From NCBI GenBank assembly GCA_944386685.1, contig CALXCA010000004.1, positions 9,410 to 73,409 of the forward strand: a stretch of DNA of 64,000 bases, read 5' to 3'. The notes under the pieces were generated by a model. It did not search any database, was not told where the DNA came from, and worked only from the letters and a program-made list of their open reading frames with translations. Shown one piece after another: positions 29,993 to 39,629 of this stretch; positions within the stretch are counted from its first letter, which is position 1; each line of letters begins with the position of its first letter. Both the position numbers and the translations under genes were made by a program. The stretch comes from an uncultured Clostridia bacterium. GTDB taxonomy: Bacteria > Bacillota > Clostridia > TANB77 > CAG-508.

Positions 29993-30025
29993 AAAGATAC
30001 TAATTTTTTTAGTATCTTTTTTTTA
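29993..30025 (+). terminator. Rho-independent terminator after ftsZ
   Basis: agatacta / tagtatct stem followed by a T-run. Confidence 0.65.
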
Positions 30026-30156
30026 CAAACAAAGTTAATAATTTCTATTGACACAAAATTTCATTATGATATAATTAAATCACATGATGACAATTTGTAA
30101 CAAAAGAATTTAAAATATGAGAAAAATCATAAAAAAATACGAAAGGAAAAGGGAAA

Positions 30157-33100
30157 ATGAAAGGTTCTAATAATGAAAAAAGTTCTAATAATTCTCCAAT
30201 TGTTTTAGAATTTAATCTTAGTAAAGTTATTCTAATATTAATTGCTATAATTGTATGTATATCTGCAATTATGACTGTAAAAGTTATAAAATCAGAACAA
30301 GATAAACCTACAATTAATTCTATGGCAAATGATGAAAATAATGAAATTTTAGAAGAATCAGAAAAAGACAATACAATTATTGCTAATTTAAATAATGAAG
30401 AAGAAAATAGTAATTTAAATAAAGATGTGCAACAAACCAATGAAGTAACAACACAAGAAAATATTGACTTACAGCAAGAAAAAGCTGGACCAATAAATAT
30501 TGCACATATTAAAATTAACAGTGAAACAGTATCTTTACAAGATTCTGGAAAATCAAAAATAACTTTAACTAGTGCATTTGATTCAAAAGAAATTGATTCA
30601 GAAAATTTACAAGTAGAATGGATTAAAGAATCAACAGATGGTGGAGATGTGGAAGTAAAATCATATGGAGAAAATCTATATGTATATGGAAAAAGCATTG
30701 GAACAGTTAATTTAAAAGCCAAAGTTACATATAATGGCACTGCAATAGAGACAAATACTATTACAATAAATGTAAAAGATGAATTAGATGATGCATATCA
30801 AAAAGTAACATTATTTAAATATGATTCAGAAGAGCTATTTGAAATGGGAGGTTCTATAAAAGATATAAGTAATCAAGGAATTTATTTTACTGGAGGAGAC
30901 TTTGTTACAGGTAACAGCATGACTTTTAGTGCTTGGAACAGTTATAATGTTTATGCACCAACTAAACCTTATACAGGATTAGTTGAAAATACATTGGATG
31001 AAAATGGAAATATAGTTTTTACTAAACCAGATAATGGTATTTTTGATGAAAGCATAACACAAGGTAAAGAAATATATAAAAATGTAGGACTACCATTTAA
31101 ATCAATAGGAAATGGAAAATATGAATTTATAAGTTCAGAAACAGAAGTTAATTTTGGAGGTCAAACACCACAAAGTGATATAAATTTGGTTAGCTCAGAT
31201 ACTAAAAATACATATAGCGGATATGAAGGATTTTTCCCATTTAACTATAGAAATGGCGAACAAGCAATATATCATTTTGGAATGCATGCACAAATACCAT
31301 TTTATATGACAGAAGACGGAAAAACAAATATTGGAGAAAGTGAAGATATAGTATTTGATTTTTCTGGAGATGATGATGTATGGATATTTATAGATGGAAA
31401 ATTAGTAATAGATTTAGGTGGAATTCATGATGAAATAGCTGCAAATATTAATTTTGCTACAGGAGATATTACAACTTATTCAGGCTTAAAAAGTACAAAT
31501 AAAATATTAAAAGTTGAACAACTAACAGATATATTAGGTGAAGATTGGAATAATAATTTAGAAGAACAGCACACATTAGACATATTTTATTTAGAAAGAG
31601 GTGCTGGAAGATCAAACTGTTCAATAACATATAATATGCCAAAAGAAGTACAAACATCAAAAGTTGTTGTACATCACTATATAGATGGAACAACAGATAA
31701 AGTAAGAGAAGATGAAATAATAAAAGAAAATGTTGGAGAACTTTATGTAACATCACCAAGTGAAATAAAATATATTCCGCCAATGTATGAAGTTGTTGAA
31801 GAAAAATTACCAGACAATGCAATGGGAATTGTAGAATTAACAAATGAAGATGTAATATATTATTATAGATTAAAAGAACAAAGTAAAATAACAAAAACAG
31901 GAACAGAAGAAATAACATCATTAACACAACCTGTTGAATATAATATAGTTTATGATGCAGCAATTAAAGACTATCCTGGAATTGCAATTGTAGAAATTGT
32001 TGATAAATTACCATATAAAATTGATGAAGCTAAATCAAATTTATCTAATGGTGTTTATGATGACAATGCCAAAACAATAACTTGGAAAGGATTATATGAT
32101 GCAAATACAGATATATTAACATGGGATAATGAAAATGCAGGAGAAAATGAGGGAGTTGAAGTTCTAGCTAGTGGAAATATAAAGATAACCAAAAATATAT
32201 CTATAGTTTATAAAGATATACCGCTAACAGAAGGAACTGTACTTGAAAATCAAATAGAAGGAAGACTAGAAACAAAAAAAGGATTTGATGAAACTACAGG
32301 AGATACATTTGAAACAAAAACAGACTTTAAAACAAAAATAGAGATAGAAAAAGTTTGGTTAGGAGATTTTGAAGAAGATAGACCAGAAACAATAACAGTA
32401 AAACTATTAGCAAATGGACAAGAGCAAGATACAAGAACATTAGATAAAAATAATTCATGGGAAGCAAGTTTTGAAAATTTAAATAAATATGACGATGAAA
32501 GAAATGAAATAAAATATACAATAGAAGAAGTTGTTCCAGATGGATATTTTATATCAAATGAAGAAATAACAGATATAGAAAAAGGTCAAAAATATGTACT
32601 AACAAACTTTAAATATGGAGAATTACAAATAACAAAAGTAGCAGAAGAAGACAATTCTATTAAATTAGAGGGAACAGAATTTGAATTATATAAAAATATA
32701 TCACATACAAATTTAGACAATGAATTAATAGACAGGAACAATTTTGCAACAAATTGGGAATTAGTTAATACATATACTGCAGGAAGTGATGGAATAATTA
32801 ATTTAACAGATTTAGACAAATCTTTTGAATATAGATTAGTAGAAACAAAAGCTGCAAATGGAAGAATATTACCAGAAGGTCAATGGAAAATTGAATTTGT
32901 ATATGGTGATTATGATGAAAATGATGATACTATAAAAAATATTAATGGAACATTAGTAAGAATAAGTAAAATAGGAAGTACACCAAATTTTGTAATAACA
33001 GATGATGGTAATTTATTATTACAAAACAAAAGTTATTATGAACTTCCAAAAAGTGGTGGTAGTGGTAATACAAGTTTCTATATTGTAGGTATTGTTGTTG

Positions 33101-33180
33101 CAATATTAGGTACTATAGTATTAATTGGAAATAGACATTATGCTTCTAAAAATTATTTAAAAATAAAAAATTTAAAATAA
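30157..33180 (+). CDS. Large sortase-anchored surface protein (Big_2-like, PA14/fibro-slime, Cna-B-type and SpaA-like domains)
   Basis: N-terminal signal anchor. FSGDDDVWIFIDGKLVIDLGGIHD is the fibro-slime/PA14 motif. Cna-B-like KVWLGDFEEDRPETITVKLLANG...YTIEE. The C-terminal sorting signal is LPKSG, then a hydrophobic stretch, then a basic tail. Confidence 0.8.
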   Translation: MKGSNNEKSSNNSPIVLEFNLSKVILILIAIIVCISAIMTVKVIKSEQDKPTINSMANDENNEILEESEKDNTIIANLNNEEENSNLNKDVQQTNEVTTQENIDLQQEKAGPINIAHIKINSETVSLQDSGKSKITLTSAFDSKEIDSENLQVEWIKESTDGGDVEVKSYGENLYVYGKSIGTVNLKAKVTYNGTAIETNTITINVKDELDDAYQKVTLFKYDSEELFEMGGSIKDISNQGIYFTGGDFVTGNSMTFSAWNSYNVYAPTKPYTGLVENTLDENGNIVFTKPDNGIFDESITQGKEIYKNVGLPFKSIGNGKYEFISSETEVNFGGQTPQSDINLVSSDTKNTYSGYEGFFPFNYRNGEQAIYHFGMHAQIPFYMTEDGKTNIGESEDIVFDFSGDDDVWIFIDGKLVIDLGGIHDEIAANINFATGDITTYSGLKSTNKILKVEQLTDILGEDWNNNLEEQHTLDIFYLERGAGRSNCSITYNMPKEVQTSKVVVHHYIDGTTDKVREDEIIKENVGELYVTSPSEIKYIPPMYEVVEEKLPDNAMGIVELTNEDVIYYYRLKEQSKITKTGTEEITSLTQPVEYNIVYDAAIKDYPGIAIVEIVDKLPYKIDEAKSNLSNGVYDDNAKTITWKGLYDANTDILTWDNENAGENEGVEVLASGNIKITKNISIVYKDIPLTEGTVLENQIEGRLETKKGFDETTGDTFETKTDFKTKIEIEKVWLGDFEEDRPETITVKLLANGQEQDTRTLDKNNSWEASFENLNKYDDERNEIKYTIEEVVPDGYFISNEEITDIEKGQKYVLTNFKYGELQITKVAEEDNSIKLEGTEFELYKNISHTNLDNELIDRNNFATNWELVNTYTAGSDGIINLTDLDKSFEYRLVETKAANGRILPEGQWKIEFVYGDYDENDDTIKNINGTLVRISKIGSTPNFVITDDGNLLLQNKSYYELPKSGGSGNTSFYIVGIVVAILGTIVLIGNRHYASKNYLKIKNLK

Positions 33181-33431
33181 AAATATACTAAAATAATTTT
33201 ATAGTTTTTGCTAATGAAAAATTAAGATAGATAAAAAATAAATTTCTATCTTAATTTTTTTGTGCAATTTAGTATTTTATATAAACTGTAAAAAAATGGA
33301 CAAATATAAAAAGAAAATAGTATAATTTCCATTTGACAAAAATATATTATATATGGAGAATTAAAATAATTAATGAAGAAAGGTAAGTATAATATAGTAA
33401 ATTTTATTATATTATACAAGGTATATTGTTT

Positions 33432-34319
33432 ATGACAATATATATAGATATAATATTTTTAGAAAATATTATAATGAATTCAATTATCTTATATGCAACA
33501 TCTATAATTTTAAAAAAGAAAACTAAGTTCTTTAAAATAGTAATATCGGCTAGTATAGGAGCAATTTATTCAATTGCAATGTATTTAACTAATTTAAAAA
33601 TTTATACATCTGCAATTTTTAAAATAATTTTATCAATTATAATGATATATATTGCATTTAAACCTAACAATTTTAAGACCGCATTAAAGCAAGTAATTAT
33701 TTTTTATTTAACATCATTTATCTTTGGAGGAGTTGCATTAAATTTAATAAATAATTTAAATTCAGAAAAAATATCAATAAAAAATGGAGTATATACTGGA
33801 GAAGATGTGTTTAAAGTAATTATTTTAGGGGCAATCTTTGCATTTATAATAGTTAAAATATCAATAAAAATAATTAAGAATAAATTTATATCAAAAGATA
33901 TGTATTGTAACATAAAAATGAAAATAAATGAAAAGACTGTAGAAACCAAAGCAATGATAGATACAGGAAACTTGGTAAAAGAGCCAATAACCAATATACC
34001 TGTTGTAATAGTTGAAAGTAGTTTATTAAATGGAATTATTCCAAAAGAGATTTTAGATAATTTAGAAAATATATTATGTGGAAACTTGAATAATATATCT
34101 TTAGACGTACAAAATGAATATTTTACAAAATTACGTTGTATTCCATTTTCATCTTTAGGAAAAGAAAATGGAATGTTAGTGGGAATTAAAATTCCAGAAA
34201 TATTAATAGAAAAAGATGAAGAAGAAAGAAAAACATCTAACATAATAATTGGATTATATGATAAATGTTTAACCAAAAAGGGAGAATATAGAGCATTAGT
34301 AGGTGCTGAATTAATTTAA
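33432..34319 (+). CDS. spoIIGA: Sigma-E processing peptidase SpoIIGA
   Basis: Multi-TM N half. Aspartic protease motif MIDTGNLVKEPITNIPVVIVE. It lies upstream of sigE. The start could be TTG 33426. Confidence 0.85.
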   Translation: MTIYIDIIFLENIIMNSIILYATSIILKKKTKFFKIVISASIGAIYSIAMYLTNLKIYTSAIFKIILSIIMIYIAFKPNNFKTALKQVIIFYLTSFIFGGVALNLINNLNSEKISIKNGVYTGEDVFKVIILGAIFAFIIVKISIKIIKNKFISKDMYCNIKMKINEKTVETKAMIDTGNLVKEPITNIPVVIVESSLLNGIIPKEILDNLENILCGNLNNISLDVQNEYFTKLRCIPFSSLGKENGMLVGIKIPEILIEKDEEERKTSNIIIGLYDKCLTKKGEYRALVGAELI

Positions 34320-34666
34320 TATAACAAATAAAATTGTTAGTATATAAAAATATTATTATATTAAAGATAGAGAAATAATCGAAAATTATCGATTATTTCT
34401 TTTTTTCTACACTAAGAAAAGACAGCTTTTTTATAGCCAAAGTTGTACAATAACATTAAATAATGTTAAGTTAAATTTCTTAATTTAACCGGTATAGTAC
34501 TTGGAGGTGATAAAATTTGATAGGTAAATAAAATGCTATAATCGCCAGCCCTTTGAGATTTTCTAATTATAGTCGAAAACTCAAACCGGGTGAGAACAAA
34601 TTAAACAAAAATGGAAGATTTTTCTTAGATGTTCTCGAAATTTTCTTGGAAAGGAATTAAAGTAAG

Positions 34667-35404
34667 ATGAATTTTTTAGAATTAATAAAAAAAGGTTTGA
34701 ATAATTTATATGCCAAATATATAGATAAAAATACAGAAGATGAGATTTTGCCAATTTTTTATGTCGCTGGAAGTCAAACATTACCGCCACCGCTTTCACA
34801 AGAAGAAGAGGAAGAGATTATAAAAAAATTAGACACAGAAGAAAGAGAAGAAGCTAGAAAAATACTTGTTGAAAGAAATTTAAGATTAGTTGTATATATT
34901 GCAAAAAAGTTTGAAAATACTGGTATTGGGATAGAAGATTTGATATCAATTGGAACAATAGGTTTAATGAAAAGTGTTAATACATTTAATTCTGATAAAA
35001 AAATAAAATTAGCAACATATGCATCTAGATGTATTGAAAACGAAATTTTAATGTATTTAAGAAGAAATAACAAAATAAAATCAGAAATATCTATTGATGA
35101 GCCATTAAATAAAGATAGTGATGGTAATGAATTATTATTATCAGACATATTAGGAACAGATCCAGATGTTACATATAGAAAATTAGAAGATGAAGTAGAT
35201 ATGAAATTATTAAAAGAGGCTATAAGAAAGTTGAATGATAGAGAAAAAAATATAATGGAAATGAGGTTTGGTTTTATTAGTGGAAGAGAGAAAACACAAA
35301 AAGAGGTAGCAGATGAGTTAGGGATTTCTCAAAGTTATATTTCAAGATTAGAAAAAAAGATTATAGGAAAAATGAAAAAAGAGATAATGAGTAAAACAGG
35401 CTAG
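34667..35404 (+). CDS. sigE: Sporulation sigma factor E (pro-sigma-E)
   Basis: Pro-sequence followed by [18 protein letters not shown]. Sigma-70 regions 2 and 4 are present ([48 protein letters not shown]). Confidence 0.9.
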   Translation: MNFLELIKKGLNNLYAKYIDKNTEDEILPIFYVAGSQTLPPPLSQEEEEEIIKKLDTEEREEARKILVERNLRLVVYIAKKFENTGIGIEDLISIGTIGLMKSVNTFNSDKKIKLATYASRCIENEILMYLRRNNKIKSEISIDEPLNKDSDGNELLLSDILGTDPDVTYRKLEDEVDMKLLKEAIRKLNDREKNIMEMRFGFISGREKTQKEVADELGISQSYISRLEKKIIGKMKKEIMSKTG

Positions 35405-35532
35405 ATTTTTAATAAATTTAATGATATAATAGGTAAAGTATAGAAATATATTAAATGTAAAAAAATTAAGATTTATATTAAATAACAATAAATATTTGTA
35501 TTAAATGTAAATAAATATTTATTTATACTATT

Positions 35533-35580
35533 GGTTTATAGGTAAATCCTTTATAAAAAACCTAAATAATCATATAAGGA
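35533..35580 (+). repeat. Copy B of the conserved roughly 48-nt leader motif
   Basis: ggtttataggtaaatcctttataaaaaacctaaataatcatataagga, upstream of ynbB. Compare 12102-12149. Confidence 0.7.
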
Positions 35581-35626
35581 GTAAAAGATTAATTTATTGC
35601 ATTAGATAAATTAAAAAATATAAAAG

Positions 35627-36886
35627 ATGTTGTATAAAGAATTTGGAATAAAAGAAGAAATATTAGAATTATCAAAAGACGTAGAAAAAGATGTTGAACC
35701 TATTTTTAGAGAAATTGATAAAATAAAAGAAATTAATAGTTTAAAAGTATTAAATGCTTTTCAAAAATGTGGTTTATCAGAAATGCATTTACATTCGTCA
35801 ACAGGATATGGAATTGATGAAGTAGGAAGAAATAAGATAGAAGAAATTTATGCTAAAATATTTGGAACAGAAGATGCATTAGTTAGAGCACAATTAATAT
35901 CTGGAACACATGCGTTAGCAGTAACATTATTTGGCTTATTAAGACCAGGAGATACAGTGCTAAGCATTACTGGATTACCATATGATACTTTGCAAACAGT
36001 TATTGGCATAAGTAAAGAAAATAGTAAAAGTTCTTTAAAAGAATTTGGGGTAAAATATGAACAAATTGAATTAATTGATAATGATTTTGATATTGAGAAA
36101 ATAAAAAATAGAGTATCAAAAAAAGACATAAAATTAATTGAAATTCAACGCTCAAAAGGCTATTCTACAAGAAAAAGTTTGACAATAGATAAAATAGAAA
36201 AAGCAATAAAAGCAATTAGAGAAGTAAATGAAAATGTTATAATAATGGTTGATAATTGTTATGGAGAGTTTGTTGAAGATAAAGAGCCTACAGATATTGG
36301 TGCAGATATAGCTGTTGGCTCACTTATGAAGAATTTAGGTGCAGGAATAGCTACTAGTGGAGGATATATTGTAGGAAAAAGGAATTTAATTGAATTATGT
36401 GCAGAAAGGTTAACTGCACCAGGAGTTGGAAAAGAAATAGGTCCTTCACTGAACCAAAATATTCCATTTATAAAAGGATTGTTTTTTGCACCAAGTGTTG
36501 TAGCAAGTAGTGTTAAAACTGCAGTATTTGCTAGTAGAATATTAGAAAAGATGGGCTATAAAGTAGATCCAGTTTTTAATGAAAAAAGAGCTGATATTGT
36601 TCAGACAATAGAATTAGGAGAGGCAGATGAATTAATAAAATTTTGTCAAGGAATACAACAAGGGTCTCCAATTGATTCAAATGTTATACCAGAGCCAAGT
36701 GATATGGGAGGATATGATGATAAAATAATAATGGCTGCAGGTACTTTTACAGAAGGTTCAACAATAGAATTAAGCTGTGATGGTCCAATTAGACCACCAT
36801 ATATTGCATATATGCAAGGTGGATTAACATATGAATATGGAAAACTAGGAATTATGAAAGCATTATCTATTTTGAAAAACAAATAA
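35627..36886 (+). CDS. ynbB: PLP-dependent methionine gamma-lyase-like protein (YnbB / aluminium-resistance family)
   Basis: LHSSTGYGIDEVGRNKIEEIYAKIFGTEDALVRAQLISGTHA is typical of the YnbB family. The RBS is weak, so the start is uncertain. Confidence 0.7.
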   Translation: MLYKEFGIKEEILELSKDVEKDVEPIFREIDKIKEINSLKVLNAFQKCGLSEMHLHSSTGYGIDEVGRNKIEEIYAKIFGTEDALVRAQLISGTHALAVTLFGLLRPGDTVLSITGLPYDTLQTVIGISKENSKSSLKEFGVKYEQIELIDNDFDIEKIKNRVSKKDIKLIEIQRSKGYSTRKSLTIDKIEKAIKAIREVNENVIIMVDNCYGEFVEDKEPTDIGADIAVGSLMKNLGAGIATSGGYIVGKRNLIELCAERLTAPGVGKEIGPSLNQNIPFIKGLFFAPSVVASSVKTAVFASRILEKMGYKVDPVFNEKRADIVQTIELGEADELIKFCQGIQQGSPIDSNVIPEPSDMGGYDDKIIMAAGTFTEGSTIELSCDGPIRPPYIAYMQGGLTYEYGKLGIMKALSILKNK

Positions 36887-37024
36887 AAAATTTTGGATTT
36901 TAAAAAGTGAACCCAAATTATTAGATAAAAGTTTAATTGGGTTCACTTCAGTTTTTATGACAAATTTTTTTAAGGATTGCATTAATTTTGTGTAATAATA
37001 GATATATACAATATATATGAATTT

Positions 37025-37780
37025 TTAATCAAATGTTGGAATATAATATCCAATTCCTCTTTTGGTAATTAAATATTGAGGATTAGAAGTATCTTTTTCT
37101 ATTCTTTCTCTAATTCTTCTTACTGTTACATCAACAGTTCTTATATCTCCATAATATTCATATCCCCAAACTTGTTCAAGAAGAGCTTCTCTTGTAACAA
37201 CTTGACCTTGTTGTTGAGCTAAATATTTTAAAACTTCAAATTCTCTTAATGTTAAATTTACAATATTTCCATCAACATTAACTTCATATTTTTCTAAATC
37301 TAAAATTAAATTTCCTAGTTTTATTAAATTTTGTTTTCTAGGTTCTTTTTTTGTTTCTATTTCATTATTTAATCTTTGATTATCAAAATGACTTTCAGAC
37401 TTTCTTAAATTAGCTTTTACTCTTGCAACAACTTCTCTTACACTAAATGGTTTTGTAATATAGTCATCTGCTCCAATTTCTAATCCAACAATTTTATCTA
37501 ATTCATCATCTTTTGCAGAAACCATTAAAATAGGAACATTGTAATAATTTTTTATTTTCTTACAAACAGTAAGTCCATCTACGCGAGGAATCATAATATC
37601 AAGTAATATTAAATCTGGACGTTGCTCAATTGCAATATCTATAGCAGTTTGTCCATCATTTGCTTGTAAAGTATTATAACCTTCTCTACCTAAATTATGA
37701 ACTAATAAGTCAACAATTTTTTGTTCATCATCTACAATTAATATAGTTTTCTTTTCATCATAATAATTATTATTTTCCAT
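37025..37780 (-). CDS. OmpR/PhoB-type response regulator (receiver plus winged helix) with a long linker
   Basis: ILIVDDE...DLILLDIMIP receiver domain. C-terminal LTLREFEVLKYLAQ...TVDVTVRRIRERIE. There is no histidine kinase on either side. Confidence 0.85.
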   Translation of the reverse strand: MENNNYYDEKKTILIVDDEQKIVDLLVHNLGREGYNTLQANDGQTAIDIAIEQRPDLILLDIMIPRVDGLTVCKKIKNYYNVPILMVSAKDDELDKIVGLEIGADDYITKPFSVREVVARVKANLRKSESHFDNQRLNNEIETKKEPRKQNLIKLGNLILDLEKYEVNVDGNIVNLTLREFEVLKYLAQQQGQVVTREALLEQVWGYEYYGDIRTVDVTVRRIRERIEKDTSNPQYLITKRGIGYYIPTFD

Positions 37781-37868
37781 ATGTAACCTCCATATTGTTT
37801 ATAATATATTTATATCACAAAAATTCCTATTATACAAGTTAATTTAAAAATAATATTAATATTTGTGC

Positions 37869-38004
37869 TAAAGTTCAGTGAGAAATTTTGATATATTAAT
37901 AATAAATAAATTTTGAATACGATTGGAGGAAATTCTTATATTTCCGTATTGAGTCGAAAAATTTATGCAATTATTAATTTATCAAAATTTCTCACTGAAC
38001 TTTA
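37869..38004. repeat. Palindromic intergenic repeat, family copy 2 (full length, nested)
   Basis: 35-nt arms taaagttcagtgagaaattttgatatattaataat and its reverse complement (1 mismatch), plus an inner imperfect palindrome. Confidence 0.85.
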
Positions 38005-38028
38005 ACATATTTATATTATTGAATAAAA

Positions 38029-38054
38029 GAGTAGGTGTCATTTGACACCTACTC
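38029..38054 (-). terminator. Terminator of the 336-aa gene
   Basis: gagtaggtgtca / tgacacctactc stem. A T-rich run follows on the minus strand. Confidence 0.7.
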
Positions 38055-38094
38055 CAAAATAATTTTTTTGTTCTCCTATGATTAAAACCGTAAA

Positions 38095-39105
38095 TTATTC
38101 AACATTTAATAAGTTCCAAAGGTCACTTACATGGAACGATTCGTAACTGCCATATTTTTCGTAGGTTACAAATACAATGTCAAGAATGTTACCACTGTTA
38201 GTTTTAGAAGAACTTTTTGCTAAAACGAATTGGTCTGGAACATTTCTAGCTCTTTTTTCAGCCACTTTGTTCCAAATTTGTTCTTTTTTGATTTTTACTC
38301 TTGTATCAAGATTGTTTTTTACAATCTCATAATAAAGAGTTTTAGCTTCAGATGTTTTGCTATACCGCGCTCTTTCGATCGCTTTCTCAAAAATTTCAAA
38401 TTGCATGCTTTGCGGACAATTAGCAAAGTCAATAAAACAATTAAGAGTTTTGTCATAAAGCTTTTTTATGTGATTTATTTCTACAGAATTAAATTTACTA
38501 ATACCTTCAGAATAAAGCACATTCCAAAAAGCATTTTGAACTTTTTCTTTAATTAAATCTTCTTGTGTTTTCACACCTTTCTTAGAATATTGTACAATAG
38601 TATTTAAATCTGAATCAGTATCAGGAAAGTCTACAGAAAACTTAATTTCTGCTTTTTTTAAGGCTTTCTTAATAGACTCTATTCCTGCTTCTTTTTCTAA
38701 AGAAGTTAAAGTAACAGGAGTGAAAGAAATGCTTCCTCTATAATGCTTTTGTGCAGTAATATTATAACAAATAAAATTAAAAAGTAATTCATGAGAATCA
38801 ACTTTAATAAAAAAGTTTCTTTCCAAAAGATTATTCTTTTTTAATTCTGTTGTTAAGACTGCTACTGAAGTGTAATAACCAGCTTTCTGGTCAAAACTAA
38901 AGCTTTTAATTGGAAAAGATTTGTTTATGCTATTCCAAGAATCCCGATATAATTCCAGCCAAACTTCTTCATAGATTTGATTTTTCCTTTGCTCATCGAG
39001 CAAATCAAAATCATTGAGAATTTTTGCAAGGAAAGGGTACTGGTTTTGTTTTGGATTTTTTACAAAATCCAGTGTTTCAAGCAATTTTTCATTAATAAGA
39101 ATCAT
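38095..39105 (-). CDS. Hypothetical protein, 336 aa, no recognised domain; visibly G+C-richer
   Basis: Long ORF with a ggagg RBS 6 nt upstream of ATG 39105, and its own terminator. Confidence 0.6.
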   Translation of the reverse strand: MILINEKLLETLDFVKNPKQNQYPFLAKILNDFDLLDEQRKNQIYEEVWLELYRDSWNSINKSFPIKSFSFDQKAGYYTSVAVLTTELKKNNLLERNFFIKVDSHELLFNFICYNITAQKHYRGSISFTPVTLTSLEKEAGIESIKKALKKAEIKFSVDFPDTDSDLNTIVQYSKKGVKTQEDLIKEKVQNAFWNVLYSEGISKFNSVEINHIKKLYDKTLNCFIDFANCPQSMQFEIFEKAIERARYSKTSEAKTLYYEIVKNNLDTRVKIKKEQIWNKVAEKRARNVPDQFVLAKSSSKTNSGNILDIVFVTYEKYGSYESFHVSDLWNLLNVE

Positions 39106-39283
39106 AAAGAACCTCCATTTTAGTAATTATTTTAATGAAAAGAACGTACAAAATATAATATACCACATTTTACATAATTTGTCCATAATTGATTTTGATT
39201 TTAAAAATATTTTACATAGAAATGATTTTGGAATATATAAATAATAAAAAATATCTTTGAAAAATGAGTTTATAAATGTTTTT

Positions 39284-39312
39284 TTGAAAAATTTACATAA
39301 ATATGTTATAAT
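39284..39312 (+). promoter_or_regulatory. Promoter of the 74-aa gene
   Basis: TTGAAA, a 17-nt spacer, then TATAAT with an upstream TG. It is nearly identical to 49496-49524. Confidence 0.6.
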
Positions 39313-39404
39313 ATAGTTATATAAAGCTGAATGCTTTAAAATGTAAACCTTATGGTTTACAAGTCCGTATGTACGCTTCAAAGATAGTTCTAGGAGGGAA
39401 AAAA

Positions 39405-39629
39405 ATGGCAATGTATCAGTGTCCCAGTGTTAAGATTGTAATCTCTAATTCTGTTCCTGTTGAAGGACAGAAAATGAGATGCTCCAGATTGGAGTACTTT
39501 TCTAACTTGGGGGTGAAGTTTGACGAAGTTTTAACTTCGACTGTGGTTGAAGTTAAAACGCTGGACTTGAATGAACGAGTCTATGCGGTGAGAACCAAAA
39601 ACACATGCTATGTGGTAAAGGTTGGCTAA
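39405..39629 (+). CDS. Small hypothetical protein, 74 aa
   Basis: aggaggg RBS 7 nt before ATG 39405 (MAMYQCPSVKIV...). G+C-richer. The stop is embedded in the hairpin gtaaaggtt/aacctttac. Confidence 0.5.
   Translation: MAMYQCPSVKIVISNSVPVEGQKMRCSRLEYFSNLGVKFDEVLTSTVVEVKTLDLNERVYAVRTKNTCYVVKVG

Noticed and set aside
30075-30740. A 221-aa ORF on the minus strand. The same applies to similar long antisense ORFs at 28081-28590, 33704-34276, 3627-4121 and 31469-31963.
   Set aside because: They are antisense to strongly supported genes (adhesin, ftsA, spoIIGA, gatB). They have low-complexity L/F/I/S-rich translations typical of AT-rich antisense frames, and no RBS.
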